Below, one piece after another: positions 38,546 through 49,054 of a stretch of DNA of 64,000 nt. The notes beneath the pieces were generated by a model that searched no databases, was not told where the DNA came from, and was given only the letters and a program-made list of their open reading frames with translations. How positions within the stretch are numbered: position 1 is the first letter of the stretch; each line of letters starts with the position of its first letter. The DNA is from an uncultured Alphaproteobacteria bacterium (GTDB taxonomy: Bacteria > Pseudomonadota > Alphaproteobacteria > Micavibrionales > Micavibrionaceae). The stretch is taken from contig CAWUJS010000002.1 of NCBI GenBank assembly GCA_963922705.1, forward strand, positions 4,606-68,605, given 5' to 3'. Position numbers and translations under genes: made by a program.

Positions 38546-38881
38546 ATGAGCACGAAACTTCCTCTTGATGTCAATGACAACCCTATCCCGGCTTTACGCT
38601 TTAAAAATGGCGGTGCCCATGTGATTAGCAGCGGCGCCTCTTCTGTACGCAATAGCGTTGCTTTTGATCCCGATACACGCGTTGTCAGCCTGTATGCGAG
38701 CGAGGCTGTCTATGTTGCATTTGGTGATTCTTCAATCACAGCAACAAACAGCGACCACTACTTTCCTGCCGGACTGTATTACGATGTTTCTCTGGGCGGT
38801 GATGGCGCAGCGCATGCAACACATATCGCTGTTTTGCAGGTTTCTGCAGCAGGAAATGTCTATCTATCAGAAAAGATCTAG
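38546..38881 (+). CDS. hypothetical protein (111 aa, beta-rich, Gly/Ala/Ser/Val-rich)
   Basis: Strong AAGGAG SD 7 nt upstream and a terminator downstream. No family recognised. Confidence 0.7.
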   Translation: MSTKLPLDVNDNPIPALRFKNGGAHVISSGASSVRNSVAFDPDTRVVSLYASEAVYVAFGDSSITATNSDHYFPAGLYYDVSLGGDGAAHATHIAVLQVSAAGNVYLSEKI

Positions 38882-38910
38882 CATATCTCCTTCCTCTTAA
38901 AATATGAAAA

Positions 38911-38932
38911 ATCCATAGGCTTCCCTATGGAT
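38911..38932. terminator. bidirectional intrinsic terminator between the 111-aa ORF and nrdB
   Basis: ATCCATAGG-CTTC-CCTATGGAT (9-bp stem). It is followed by CTTTATAAT on the plus strand and TTTTTCATATTTT on the minus strand. Confidence 0.7.
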
Positions 38933-38960
38933 CTTTATAATGTGATAAATCTGTTAAAGA

Positions 38961-40049
38961 TTATTCAGCCGCAACAGCGTCGTCATCATCTTTATTAGCA
39001 TTATCGCCGGAAACATTACTCATATTGGTCTCATTTTGAGCATCAACACCATATTTTCCAGCAAAAATATCGCCTTCAAACACTTGCTCCCAAGTGCCTT
39101 GCGTTGACGCTTTTGAATATTCAGTCGCACGGTTTTCAAAGAAATTCGTATGTTCCGCACCGTTAAGCATCTCATCCATCCATGGCAGCGGATTTTCGGT
39201 TGCATTGTAAATCGGCTCCAGATTAAGCTGCTGCAAACGACGATCACCAATATAGCGAATATATTGCTTTACATCTTCCGGCTTCATGCCCTCAATCTCA
39301 CCCTGCTCAAAACAAAGATCGATAAACGCATCTTCATGCTGGACAGTGATCCGGCAAGCTTCCGTAATCTCTGCCTTTAACGAATCATCCCAGATATCCG
39401 GATGTTCTTCGATAAAGGTGTTGAACAGGCGGATCATTGAGAGCGTATGCAATGTCTCATCACGCACGGACCATGTTACAATCTGCCCCATCCCTTTCAT
39501 TTTATTGAAGCGCGGGAAATTCATTAAAATTGCAAAAGACGCAAATAGCGCAAGCCCTTCGGTAAATGCACCGAACATCGCCATTGTTTTCGCAATATCG
39601 CGCGGATTTTCCATCGAGACATCCTGCATATAATCGAATTTATCCTTCATTTCCTTATATTTAAGGAAGGCTGAATATTCGACTTCTGGCATACCAATTG
39701 TGTCCAGAAGATGCGAGTAAGCCGCGATATGCACAGTCTCGATATTCGAGAAAGCCGAGAGCATCATCTGCACCTCAACAGGGCCAAAGACTTGGGAATA
39801 ATGCTTCATGTAGCAATTATTGACCTCAACATCGCTTTGTGTAAAAAAGCGAAAAATCTGTGTCATCAGGTTTTTCTCAGCCGGGGTTAGCGTTTTTTTC
39901 CAGTCGCGTACATCTTCTGCCAAAGGCACTTCTTCGGGGAGCCAGTGAATACGCTGCTGTGTCAACCATGCCTCATAACACCAGGGGTATAGAAACGGCT
40001 TGTAAAGGTGGCGCTCCTGAACGAGTGGGGAATTGGATTGTACGGGCAT
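38961..40049 (-). CDS. nrdB: class Ia ribonucleotide reductase beta subunit
   Basis: 362 aa with di-iron ligand motifs SNIETVHIAAYSHLL (E-x-x-H plus the radical Tyr context) and VRDETLH, and an acidic C-terminal tail. There is no nrdA in the window. Confidence 0.92.
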   Translation of the reverse strand: MPVQSNSPLVQERHLYKPFLYPWCYEAWLTQQRIHWLPEEVPLAEDVRDWKKTLTPAEKNLMTQIFRFFTQSDVEVNNCYMKHYSQVFGPVEVQMMLSAFSNIETVHIAAYSHLLDTIGMPEVEYSAFLKYKEMKDKFDYMQDVSMENPRDIAKTMAMFGAFTEGLALFASFAILMNFPRFNKMKGMGQIVTWSVRDETLHTLSMIRLFNTFIEEHPDIWDDSLKAEITEACRITVQHEDAFIDLCFEQGEIEGMKPEDVKQYIRYIGDRRLQQLNLEPIYNATENPLPWMDEMLNGAEHTNFFENRATEYSKASTQGTWEQVFEGDIFAGKYGVDAQNETNMSNVSGDNANKDDDDAVAAE

Positions 40050-40301
40050 AGTTTTTCTCCTTTTATAAACTTAACGAACTGAGTTTTTAGTAGTAATAAT
40101 TCTCAATAAGAATGAGTGTAGGGCGCTTCTCCCGGAATCCGAGTCATTCATACATTTTTATTTTTGAATAACGGGGATAAGTTTTTAAACAAAACCCGAT
40201 CGAAGAACGCCTACATATTGTAGATAAGATCAAAAATACACGCTATATGTTGTTTTGTCGAGGGGGTTTTATAATTTTCAAAAAAGTGAAAAAACTTATA
40301 A

Positions 40302-40544
40302 CTAACCAACTCCCGGAAGCCCTAACAGCGGATCACCGGGCGCAAGACCAGCAACAGCAGCCGCACCTGCGCTTTCGGAAAATACTGGGGTTAAACCAAC
40401 ACCATCCAAAAAAGGCGCCATCCCCTGAGCAAGGTCAGCCGCAAACGCCGCCCCCGGAACCGTATAATGAACTGCAATATGTGTCGCTAATTCAAAAGCA
40501 ACGCCTAGTGCTATCCCAAATGCACCGGAACCTAAAAAAGACAT
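40302..40544 (-). CDS. small Gly/Ala-rich protein (80 aa), possible membrane-active or secreted peptide
   Basis: Strong AAGGAG SD 6-7 nt upstream of the ATG. The N-terminal GxxxG-type glycine-zipper stretch is GSGAFGIALGVA. This is a locally GC-rich segment in AT-rich surroundings. No family recognised. Confidence 0.55.
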   Translation of the reverse strand: MSFLGSGAFGIALGVAFELATHIAVHYTVPGAAFAADLAQGMAPFLDGVGLTPVFSESAGAAAVAGLAPGDPLLGLPGVG

Positions 40545-40645
40545 GATTAACTCCTTCTGATATTTTTATTGCGTCATGTTATAATGTAACATATAAGTCT
40601 CGGCAATCACTCTTAAAGTATCGTTTTGAGTAAGAAGGAATTAAT

Positions 40646-41143
40646 ATGGCTTACAACGAAATCAACCGAAGAGCATTTCTTTTAGCAGGAGCAGGCGCAC
40701 TTGTTCCGGGCACAGGAAACGCACAAACAAACACCTACACGATTGATGATTATCCTTATAAGCCTGATGGCACTGAAGCACGCATTGGTCATCGCGTTAT
40801 TAATATGGACTTAGGCCTGCTGCATCCGAACGATGGCGCACCGACAATTGGTTTTTATGCCTCTTTAGATCATAGCCATGGCGCGCCATTTGGAGAAAAC
40901 TGGAAAGCAACTTTTCGTAAGTTCTTTAAAGGGCAAGATGTCCATAGCAAAGACAAAGGGACTATAATATTAATAGCCAACCACATTAGAGCACATGGCG
41001 TTCCAGTTGAACAACTTACAAAAGCATATAACGATGCCAAGGCTGCATGGGATGCCAATCCAAATTTAAGATTGGCAGGCGTTCAGGACAAAAAAGATAA
41101 TATTCATATTGCAGCAGATGCCTCTAAATTAGGCCTTGGCTAA
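40646..41143 (+). CDS. hypothetical exported protein with a twin-arginine (Tat) signal
   Basis: GAAGGA SD. The N-terminus NRRAFLLAGAGALVPGTGNAQ fits the S/T-R-R-x-F-L-K Tat pattern. The mature part is unrecognised. Confidence 0.65.
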   Translation: MAYNEINRRAFLLAGAGALVPGTGNAQTNTYTIDDYPYKPDGTEARIGHRVINMDLGLLHPNDGAPTIGFYASLDHSHGAPFGENWKATFRKFFKGQDVHSKDKGTIILIANHIRAHGVPVEQLTKAYNDAKAAWDANPNLRLAGVQDKKDNIHIAADASKLGLG

Positions 41144-41271
41144 CCACACGCACTGCATTTACCATGCAGTTCGGCATTCCAATGAGACAGGATAAAACCC
41201 ATACCTTTCGGTTTGTGACTAAACAACGAGGCTAAGGACCTATCGACTATGGTGATTCTAAAACATCCGCT

Positions 41272-41862
41272 TTATTTTTTCATGCCTAGAAGCTGACCCG
41301 GTTTAACATTAGGGGATTTACGCCCGACACGGCCACGACGTCCGCCACCATGGAAACTATCATCGCGCATTTTGCCGTCAATCAGGTCATCAAAATCCGG
41401 AATTTCTCCCATTTGCAGGGCTTCGATGGTGGCATGAAAAAAATCACAGCCTTTTTCTTCCCATCCATGAAATTCATTCACATAGTCTTTATCATTTATT
41501 CTTAATAATTTGGGACTCCATTTATCTTCTACGGCGGCATCGGCACGCATCCACATGACCTGTTTGCGCCCTCCTGGCTCTACTTCATTGGCGCCTACAC
41601 TTTTTTCTTCATCTGGATCCGGAATCTCCATACTGCCAATACCAGATTCACCATCGCCCTCCTCATCTTCATCTTCAGAGTCTTCATCCCGCAAAAGTTG
41701 AATTTCTGCCTCAAGATCCTCTCTTGTTTTACCCATCCGCACTTCTGCACTACATGTTATGCCTTTAATTTCATTATAGTGCATCCAGGGCATCGTTTCA
41801 TAGGGGGATAAAATATAGTTTACCCCTAATTTTTCTAATAGCTCTTGAAGCTCTACGCGCAT
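41272..41862 (-). CDS. hypothetical protein with a long acidic insert and a basic C-terminal tail
   Basis: 196-aa ORF with the acidic run DEDSEDEDEEGDGE and the C-terminus GGGRRGRVGRKSPNVKPGQLLGMKK. The SD is poorly placed, so the start is uncertain. Confidence 0.55.
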   Translation of the reverse strand: MRVELQELLEKLGVNYILSPYETMPWMHYNEIKGITCSAEVRMGKTREDLEAEIQLLRDEDSEDEDEEGDGESGIGSMEIPDPDEEKSVGANEVEPGGRKQVMWMRADAAVEDKWSPKLLRINDKDYVNEFHGWEEKGCDFFHATIEALQMGEIPDFDDLIDGKMRDDSFHGGGRRGRVGRKSPNVKPGQLLGMKK

Positions 41863-41930
41863 GAGAAAATATGTGTCCTTTATTCTTCTTAAATATCAAG
41901 AATATTCAATCCTACCAGTTTTGTCAGATA

Positions 41931-41969
41931 AAAGGTAAAAATTGATGTGAAAAGTCAATCTTTACCTTT
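41931..41969. promoter_or_regulatory. 15-bp inverted repeat (14/15 match) separated by 9 nt, in a divergent intergenic region
   Basis: AAAGGTAAAAATTGA (41931-41945) pairs with TCAATCTTTACCTTT (41955-41969). It lies between the divergent ORFs 41272-41862 (-) and 42095-43162 (+). Confidence 0.4.
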
Positions 41970-42094
41970 GAATAAGGCAATAAAATTTTAAGAATATTAA
42001 TGGTATGCTTTTGTGTGAACTAATTAATAGGTTTAAATTGATTGATAAATTTAAGTCAAGGGTTGTTAATCCTGGTAAAAATTGTTTGAGGGTT

Positions 42095-43162
42095 ATGAGA
42101 TTGCCATTCTTTGTATTTGTTGTCATAGCAGCCTTGTTATTAGGTACCAATTTACATGCGTTTGCACAAGATTCAGAAAAGCCAAAAATATTTAGTACTA
42201 AAATGCGCGCTCTGGATGCAGGAAGCTTGTTGGCGGGCGATACTAAAATATTGCTCTGGGGTGTGCGTTCCATAGATAATTTGCCTGTACTTCTGGCTGA
42301 AAAAGCACGCATTGCGCTGGATGATGTTATTGCTGGCAAAGATGTTAAATGTGAGCTGAAAACACGGTTTGAGGATTATTTATTAGCACAATGTGTCAAT
42401 TCAAATGATCAGGATTTAGGGCTTTTAATGATTCAAGAGGGTTTTGTGAGCGTCGAGCGCGGGCTTGTTTATGGTAGTGTTTTTGAAAAACCATATTTAC
42501 AGGCCGAACAAAAAGCACGTAATGAAAAAGTTGGAATATGGTCTATTGACCATTCTTCTGCTTCTCAAAACGCTATATTCAAAGGAAGTTGGCTTTTGAT
42601 TGTTGTTGTCGTTTTATTTATCGCAATTATGACAGCTTTTGGTATCTTAACAATTATTATCATGCGTGGTTTTGAAAAAGTCATTGAAGCACAGAACCTT
42701 AACATTGAAATGCTTGGCCGTGAAAGAGTTCTCAAAAACAAAGAGCGTGCTGTTGTTGTTAGTATGCTGAGCTCCGAGATTAAAGCAAATAAGTCGAAAA
42801 TTGAGGCCTATCTTGTGGTTTATGAAGAAATGTTAGCTGATTTGAGAAACCCGCAAAGGCAACCTAAATACAAGAAGACTGGTGATATTTTACAAAAACA
42901 GCCCGCTTTGGAGCGAGCCGTTTTTGATCGGAATACTGATAAAATAGATGTTTTAGGTGATGAGCTTTCGAGTGAGGTTATTCATTTTTATGCTCGCATT
43001 AAAACAAAGCCGGACTATGTTAATTTGGAGCCCAATATGCCCCTTGATGAAGCGATAGCTTTGGTCCAGAGGAGTGTGGAAAATGCAAAGCGTATGAATA
43101 AAATCGCAGATAATTTGATCGATTCTTTTAATGACGGTGGATTATTATTTGATGATTTATAG
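42095..43162 (+). CDS. membrane-anchored SNase (thermonuclease)-fold protein with degenerate catalytic residues and an unknown cytoplasmic helical domain
   Basis: Signal peptide MRLPFFVFVVIAALLLGTNLHAFA, then an SNase-like domain (AGDT..., AEQKARNEKVGIWS). IDNLP replaces I-D-A-P-E and DYLL replaces D-x-Y-G-R. A TM helix (WLLIVVVVLFIAIMTAFGILTIIIM) and a 190-aa C-terminal domain follow. The ORF track opens at 42005, but the Met at 42095 has a GAGGG SD. Confidence 0.65.
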   Translation: MRLPFFVFVVIAALLLGTNLHAFAQDSEKPKIFSTKMRALDAGSLLAGDTKILLWGVRSIDNLPVLLAEKARIALDDVIAGKDVKCELKTRFEDYLLAQCVNSNDQDLGLLMIQEGFVSVERGLVYGSVFEKPYLQAEQKARNEKVGIWSIDHSSASQNAIFKGSWLLIVVVVLFIAIMTAFGILTIIIMRGFEKVIEAQNLNIEMLGRERVLKNKERAVVVSMLSSEIKANKSKIEAYLVVYEEMLADLRNPQRQPKYKKTGDILQKQPALERAVFDRNTDKIDVLGDELSSEVIHFYARIKTKPDYVNLEPNMPLDEAIALVQRSVENAKRMNKIADNLIDSFNDGGLLFDDL

Positions 43163-43485
43163 AGTTTTTTTAAATTAATCACTTTTATTCCTCTGATGCA
43201 GGAATATGCATAACAAAACTCATTCTCAGTATTAAGCGCAACTGCTGATAAGCATGAATTTGCAATGCTTTACGTACATATATGGCTCCTAACTTATTTA
43301 AAGTCAGTTGTCAGCTGGGTTCGTTTGTGCATTTTCATGGTTACATCCTTTCAAAAAGACGTAAACAACGCGAGCAAAAATCACACATGATGAATACTAC
43401 TTCCATCATGATGCTCTACTATTTCTCACACTTTGGGAGTCATGATTCTAGCTAAATACGATCTGCTCTAAATGGAATGATTATA

Positions 43486-44778
<1,293 letters not shown>

Positions 44779-45675
44779 TTAATTACCCTTCCTGGCTTGC
44801 CTAACTGTATCCATATATAATGTAAATCCACACGCAAGGTGATCTGAACCTAAAGCATAGGCACCGCCGCGCCCAAGCTCTCCATTCACATTTTTTGCAA
44901 AAATCGTAAACGCAATTCCTTTGTGGTATTGAAATCCCTTGGTCTCAAGAGGATCAACCGTGACATTCACCCCATCCAATCCTTTGAAGCCATCGCTGTT
45001 CAGAATAACCTGCAAACGATCCACATACGCCAAAGCATCAGATGGTAAACCCAAGCCGCGCAGCGCTTTAATGGCTCTATCTGGATTACCTGAAATCTTG
45101 GCGCGCAAAGAATCAATATCATGGTCAGCTATACCGGCGACATCCAAAATTGTTTGAACAATAGAAGGAAGCGTAAAATCAATTGAAATACCCGCGATGC
45201 CTAGCGTCTGTAATCCTTTTGCAGCGAGCACGACAATTTCCTCAATATTCTCATCTGAACCATCATCAATCAACTCACATCCAACCTGACAAAATTGCCG
45301 TAATGTACGCTGCTGGCTACCGCTCATACGCACCACATCATTGGCATAAGAAAGCCTCAAAGGTCGCACCTCATCAGATAAACGTGAGGATACAATCCGC
45401 GCAATCTGCGCCGTAATATCAGAGCGCAAAGCAAGCATCTTTCCGGTTTCTCGATCCATAACGCGAAATGTCTGCTCTGCCAGAGCGCTGCCCGGCCCAT
45501 CAGCCAACATGCTTTCTTCAAATTCCATCAAAGGCGGCTTAATACGTTGATAGCCTGCATCACCAAAAACAGCCATCAATTTGGTAATTGCATTGGCTTC
45601 ATCCTCAGCATCGGAAAATAGCAAATCCTCAAACCCTTTGGGAAGAAGGCCGTTCAATCGTTTCTTTTCAATCAT
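44779..45675 (-). CDS. hisZ: ATP phosphoribosyltransferase regulatory subunit HisZ (HisRS-like, short)
   Basis: Class-II aaRS-like catalytic core without an anticodon-binding domain (LRSDITAQIAR, QVGCELI). Its stop directly abuts the purA start codon. Confidence 0.65.
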   Translation of the reverse strand: MIEKKRLNGLLPKGFEDLLFSDAEDEANAITKLMAVFGDAGYQRIKPPLMEFEESMLADGPGSALAEQTFRVMDRETGKMLALRSDITAQIARIVSSRLSDEVRPLRLSYANDVVRMSGSQQRTLRQFCQVGCELIDDGSDENIEEIVVLAAKGLQTLGIAGISIDFTLPSIVQTILDVAGIADHDIDSLRAKISGNPDRAIKALRGLGLPSDALAYVDRLQVILNSDGFKGLDGVNVTVDPLETKGFQYHKGIAFTIFAKNVNGELGRGGAYALGSDHLACGFTLYMDTVRQARKGN

Positions 45676-45686
45676 ACAAGGCTCTT

Positions 45687-47051
45687 TTAACTTGCTTTAG
45701 CAGCGCTTGCAATAACATCGCAAAGATTATCGACAACCGCTTCGACTTGAACAGCATTATCACCCTCCGCCATCACACGAATAACCGGCTCAGTACCACT
45801 TGCCCTCACCAGCAACCGCCCATCATTGGCCAAATTCTCCTCTGCCTTGGCAATAGCAGCCTGAACACCGCCATCATCCAGCGGCTGACCCGCTTCAAAG
45901 CGGACATTTTTCAAAATTTGTGGCAAAGGTCTAAATAAATTGAGAACCTCACTCGCCTTTTGGCCATTCTCTTTCAAAATCGCCAAAATTTTAAGCGCAG
46001 CCATCAAACCATCACCCGTTGTCGACGTATCCGATAAAACAATATGCCCGGATTGCTCACCACCTAAATTAAACGCTTGCGCACGCATTGCCTCAACCAC
46101 ATAACGATCGCCCACAGCGGTGCGCACCATATCAATGCCTTGTGATTGCAAATACCGCTCTAACCCCAGATTCGACATGACAGTCGTCACCAGAGTATTT
46201 TGCGCAAGAGTTTCACTCTCTTTCATCGATATCGCAAGCGCTGCCATCAACTGATCTCCATCAATCACAGCACCCGTCTCATCAACCATAATCAAGCGAT
46301 CCGCATCTCCATCAAGCGCAATACCAATATCTGCACCATGCTCTACAACAGCTTCCTGCAAAGCCTGTGTTGCCGTTGCGCCAAAACCATCATTAATATT
46401 GCGGCCATTTGGCTTCACGCCAATCGCTACAACATCCGCTTCAAGCTCCCATAAAACCTGTGGAGCAACTTTGTAAGCCGCGCCATGCGCGCAATCAACA
46501 ACGACTTTAAGCCCTTCTAACGATGTACCGCGTGTCAAACTAGCCCGCTTGACAAACTCTGCATAGCGGCCATTTCCATCATCAAGCCGCGCCGCCTTTC
46601 CCAAAGCATCGGGCGCAGCCAAATCAGCGGACATATCACTCTGCAACTTTGCCTCTATCTCAGCCTCTAATACATCATCAAGCTTATAGCTATCCGCACC
46701 AAATAATTTAATGCCGTTATCTTCAAAAAAATTATGAGAGGCGGAAATCATTACCCCAACATCACATCTTAAAGAACGTGTGAGCATCGCAATGCCCGGC
46801 GTTGGAATAGGCCCTGTAAGAATCACATCCATGCCCATGGATAAAAAACCCGCCGCAATCGCCTGCTCCAGCATATAACAGGAAAGCCGCGTATCTTTAC
46901 CAATGACAACACGATCAGTCGGCTTTCCCGGATGCCTCTCGCGCAAAACAAGAGCTGTCGCCATTGCAACTTTGATCGCCGTAGCAGCCGTCATAGGCTC
47001 TTCATTGGCCCGCCCGCGTATACCATCTGTTCCAAAATATTGTCGTGTCAC
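45687..47051 (-). CDS. glmM: phosphoglucosamine mutase
   Basis: 454 aa with the active-site phosphoserine loop [14 protein letters not shown] and the Mg loop DGDADR. Confidence 0.95.
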   Translation of the reverse strand: MTRQYFGTDGIRGRANEEPMTAATAIKVAMATALVLRERHPGKPTDRVVIGKDTRLSCYMLEQAIAAGFLSMGMDVILTGPIPTPGIAMLTRSLRCDVGVMISASHNFFEDNGIKLFGADSYKLDDVLEAEIEAKLQSDMSADLAAPDALGKAARLDDGNGRYAEFVKRASLTRGTSLEGLKVVVDCAHGAAYKVAPQVLWELEADVVAIGVKPNGRNINDGFGATATQALQEAVVEHGADIGIALDGDADRLIMVDETGAVIDGDQLMAALAISMKESETLAQNTLVTTVMSNLGLERYLQSQGIDMVRTAVGDRYVVEAMRAQAFNLGGEQSGHIVLSDTSTTGDGLMAALKILAILKENGQKASEVLNLFRPLPQILKNVRFEAGQPLDDGGVQAAIAKAEENLANDGRLLVRASGTEPVIRVMAEGDNAVQVEAVVDNLCDVIASAAKAS

Positions 47052-47054
47052 AAG

Positions 47055-48977
47055 CTAGGCTCCTTGCGGTATTTCACCACCCCCCAGAGGCGCACTTGAT
47101 GGTACAGAAGGCTTGGGCGCAGAACCGCTTGGTGTGTCATCATCACTATCCCGAAGAATAGGCTCTCCTCGTAAAATTGCTTTGATCTCATCGCCTGATA
47201 ACAATTCATATTCTAGCAGAGCTTTCGCAAGCTTATGCAGATCATCCATATGATCCGTCAAAATCTTCTTCGCACGCGCATGCGCTTCATCAACAATGCG
47301 GCGCACCTCAGCATCGACTAAATTCGCTGTCGCCTCAGACATATTCTTAGATTGCGCGACAGAATGCCCAAGAAACACCTCTTCTTGATCCTGCGCATAT
47401 CGTATTGTCCCAAGCTTATCGGAATATCCCCATTCCATGACCATCTTACGGGCAATATTAGTCGCTTGTTGGATATCACTCGATGCACCTGTCGTCACCT
47501 TATCATCGCCAAAAATAATTTCCTCAGCCACACGCCCACCCATCGCAACAGAAAGATCAGCATGCAGCTTTTCAAGGCTCATTGACAAACGATCATCTTC
47601 AGGCAAACGCATCACCACACCAAGCGCCCGCCCACGCGGCACAATTGTCGCCTTATGAATTGGATCAGATGCCGGCTCATTCAAACCAACCAAAGCGTGC
47701 CCAGCCTCATGATAAGCCGTCAGCTTCTTCTCATCATCGCTCATCACCATTGATTTACGCTCCGCACCCATCAAAACCTTATCCTTGGCCTCTTCAAATT
47801 CCTCCATGCCAACGACACGCTTATTTTTACGCGCCGCATGCAACGCTGCTTCATTGACCAAATTCGCCAAATCAGCACCACTAAAACCAGGGGTACCACG
47901 CGCAATGACACGCGGATCAACATTACCCGCAAGCGGTACTTTCTTCATATGCACCTGAAGGATTTTGTCCCGCCCCTTAATGTCCGGCAGCGGCACAACA
48001 ATCTGACGGTCAAAACGCCCGGGACGAAGCAACGCAGGATCCAAAACATCAGGACGGTTCGTCGCCGCAAGGATAATCACGCCTTCATTGGCTTCAAACC
48101 CATCCATCTCAACCAGCATCTGGTTTAAAGTCTGCTCACGCTCATCATTTCCGCCGCCAAGACCGGCACCGCGATGACGCCCGACAGCATCAATCTCATC
48201 AATAAAGATAATACAAGGCGCGTTTTTCTTGCCCTGCTCAAACATATCCCGAACACGACTCGCACCAACACCAACAAACATTTCTACAAAATCAGAACCG
48301 GAGATTGTAAAAAACGGGACATTCGCTTCACCTGCTACAGCGCGTGCAACCAAAGTTTTACCCGTACCAGGCTGTCCTACAAGCAAAGCCCCTTTTGGAA
48401 TTTTTCCACCAAGACGCGAGAATTTCTGCGGATCTTTGAGGAATTCTACAACCTCTTCCAATTCCTGCTTAGCCTCTTCAATACCCGCCACATCTTCGAA
48501 CGTCACACGGCCTTCTTTTTCGGTCAGCATTTTTGCACGGCTTTTACCAAAGCCCATAGCACCGCCGCCACCTTTACCGCCCTGCATCTGGCGCATAAAG
48601 AATATCCAAACGCCCACAATCAAAATTGCAGGCAGAAGCGAGACTAAAATACTGCCAAAGGTAAGCTGCTCAGGATCGACAGGGCGCGCCTTGATTTCAA
48701 CGCCCGTATCAGTCAAACGGTCAACGACATTCTCATTTGGCGGAACAACAACCTTGAATGCTTCACCGCTGCTTGTAAACGTTCCGAAAACTTCATTCCC
48801 CTTTATGGTCACATCACGAATCCGCCCGTCTCGCGCACCTGCCATAAATTCGGAATAAGACAGCTCATCACCGCCCGTAACACCGGCATTTTGCGCGCCT
48901 TGCATAACATTGAGCAAAAAAAACAGAACAAAGGCAATTGCCAGCCAAAATATCAAATTACGCGCCATTCCATTCAC
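47055..48977 (-). CDS. ftsH: ATP-dependent zinc metalloprotease FtsH
   Basis: 640 aa with two N-terminal TM segments, AAA+ Walker A GQPGTGKT, an SRH region and the zinc motif HEAGHAL. Confidence 0.97.
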   Translation of the reverse strand: MNGMARNLIFWLAIAFVLFFLLNVMQGAQNAGVTGGDELSYSEFMAGARDGRIRDVTIKGNEVFGTFTSSGEAFKVVVPPNENVVDRLTDTGVEIKARPVDPEQLTFGSILVSLLPAILIVGVWIFFMRQMQGGKGGGGAMGFGKSRAKMLTEKEGRVTFEDVAGIEEAKQELEEVVEFLKDPQKFSRLGGKIPKGALLVGQPGTGKTLVARAVAGEANVPFFTISGSDFVEMFVGVGASRVRDMFEQGKKNAPCIIFIDEIDAVGRHRGAGLGGGNDEREQTLNQMLVEMDGFEANEGVIILAATNRPDVLDPALLRPGRFDRQIVVPLPDIKGRDKILQVHMKKVPLAGNVDPRVIARGTPGFSGADLANLVNEAALHAARKNKRVVGMEEFEEAKDKVLMGAERKSMVMSDDEKKLTAYHEAGHALVGLNEPASDPIHKATIVPRGRALGVVMRLPEDDRLSMSLEKLHADLSVAMGGRVAEEIIFGDDKVTTGASSDIQQATNIARKMVMEWGYSDKLGTIRYAQDQEEVFLGHSVAQSKNMSEATANLVDAEVRRIVDEAHARAKKILTDHMDDLHKLAKALLEYELLSGDEIKAILRGEPILRDSDDDTPSGSAPKPSVPSSAPLGGGEIPQGA

Positions 48978-49054
48978 GGCTTAAATCCTTTCAAAAGTAA
49001 ATATATACAATGTAATCCAATTCCCGTATCAAACAAGGAAAATCAGCTCAGACA

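Noticed and set aside
40211-40253. Two AT-rich palindrome-like boxes (CTACATATTGTAG and ACACGCTATATGTTGT) upstream of nrdB that resemble NrdR boxes.
   Set aside because: The match to the ACACNATATATNGTGT-type consensus is only partial. Centre-to-centre spacing is ~28 bp rather than the ~31-32 bp I recall for tandem NrdR boxes. A PWM scan and a check for nrdR in the genome are needed.
41962-42339. 125-aa minus-strand ORF overlapping the 5' part of the SNase-like gene and its upstream region.
   Set aside because: No SD. It overlaps the better-supported plus-strand gene (signal peptide plus recognisable fold) and the intergenic inverted repeat.
43163-43485. 323-bp gap between the SNase-like gene and purA, checked for a tRNA, an sRNA or small ORFs (e.g. 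a 57-aa plus-strand ORF starting near 43283).
   Set aside because: No tRNA-like T-arm or acceptor features, no clear hairpin terminators, and the candidate ORFs lack an SD. Nothing supportable.
48229-48858. 209-aa plus-strand ORF antisense to ftsH (with a sibling at 48174-48647).
   Set aside because: The Pro/Ser/Thr/Arg-rich product is typical of the reverse frame of a conserved gene. FtsH is certain on the other strand.
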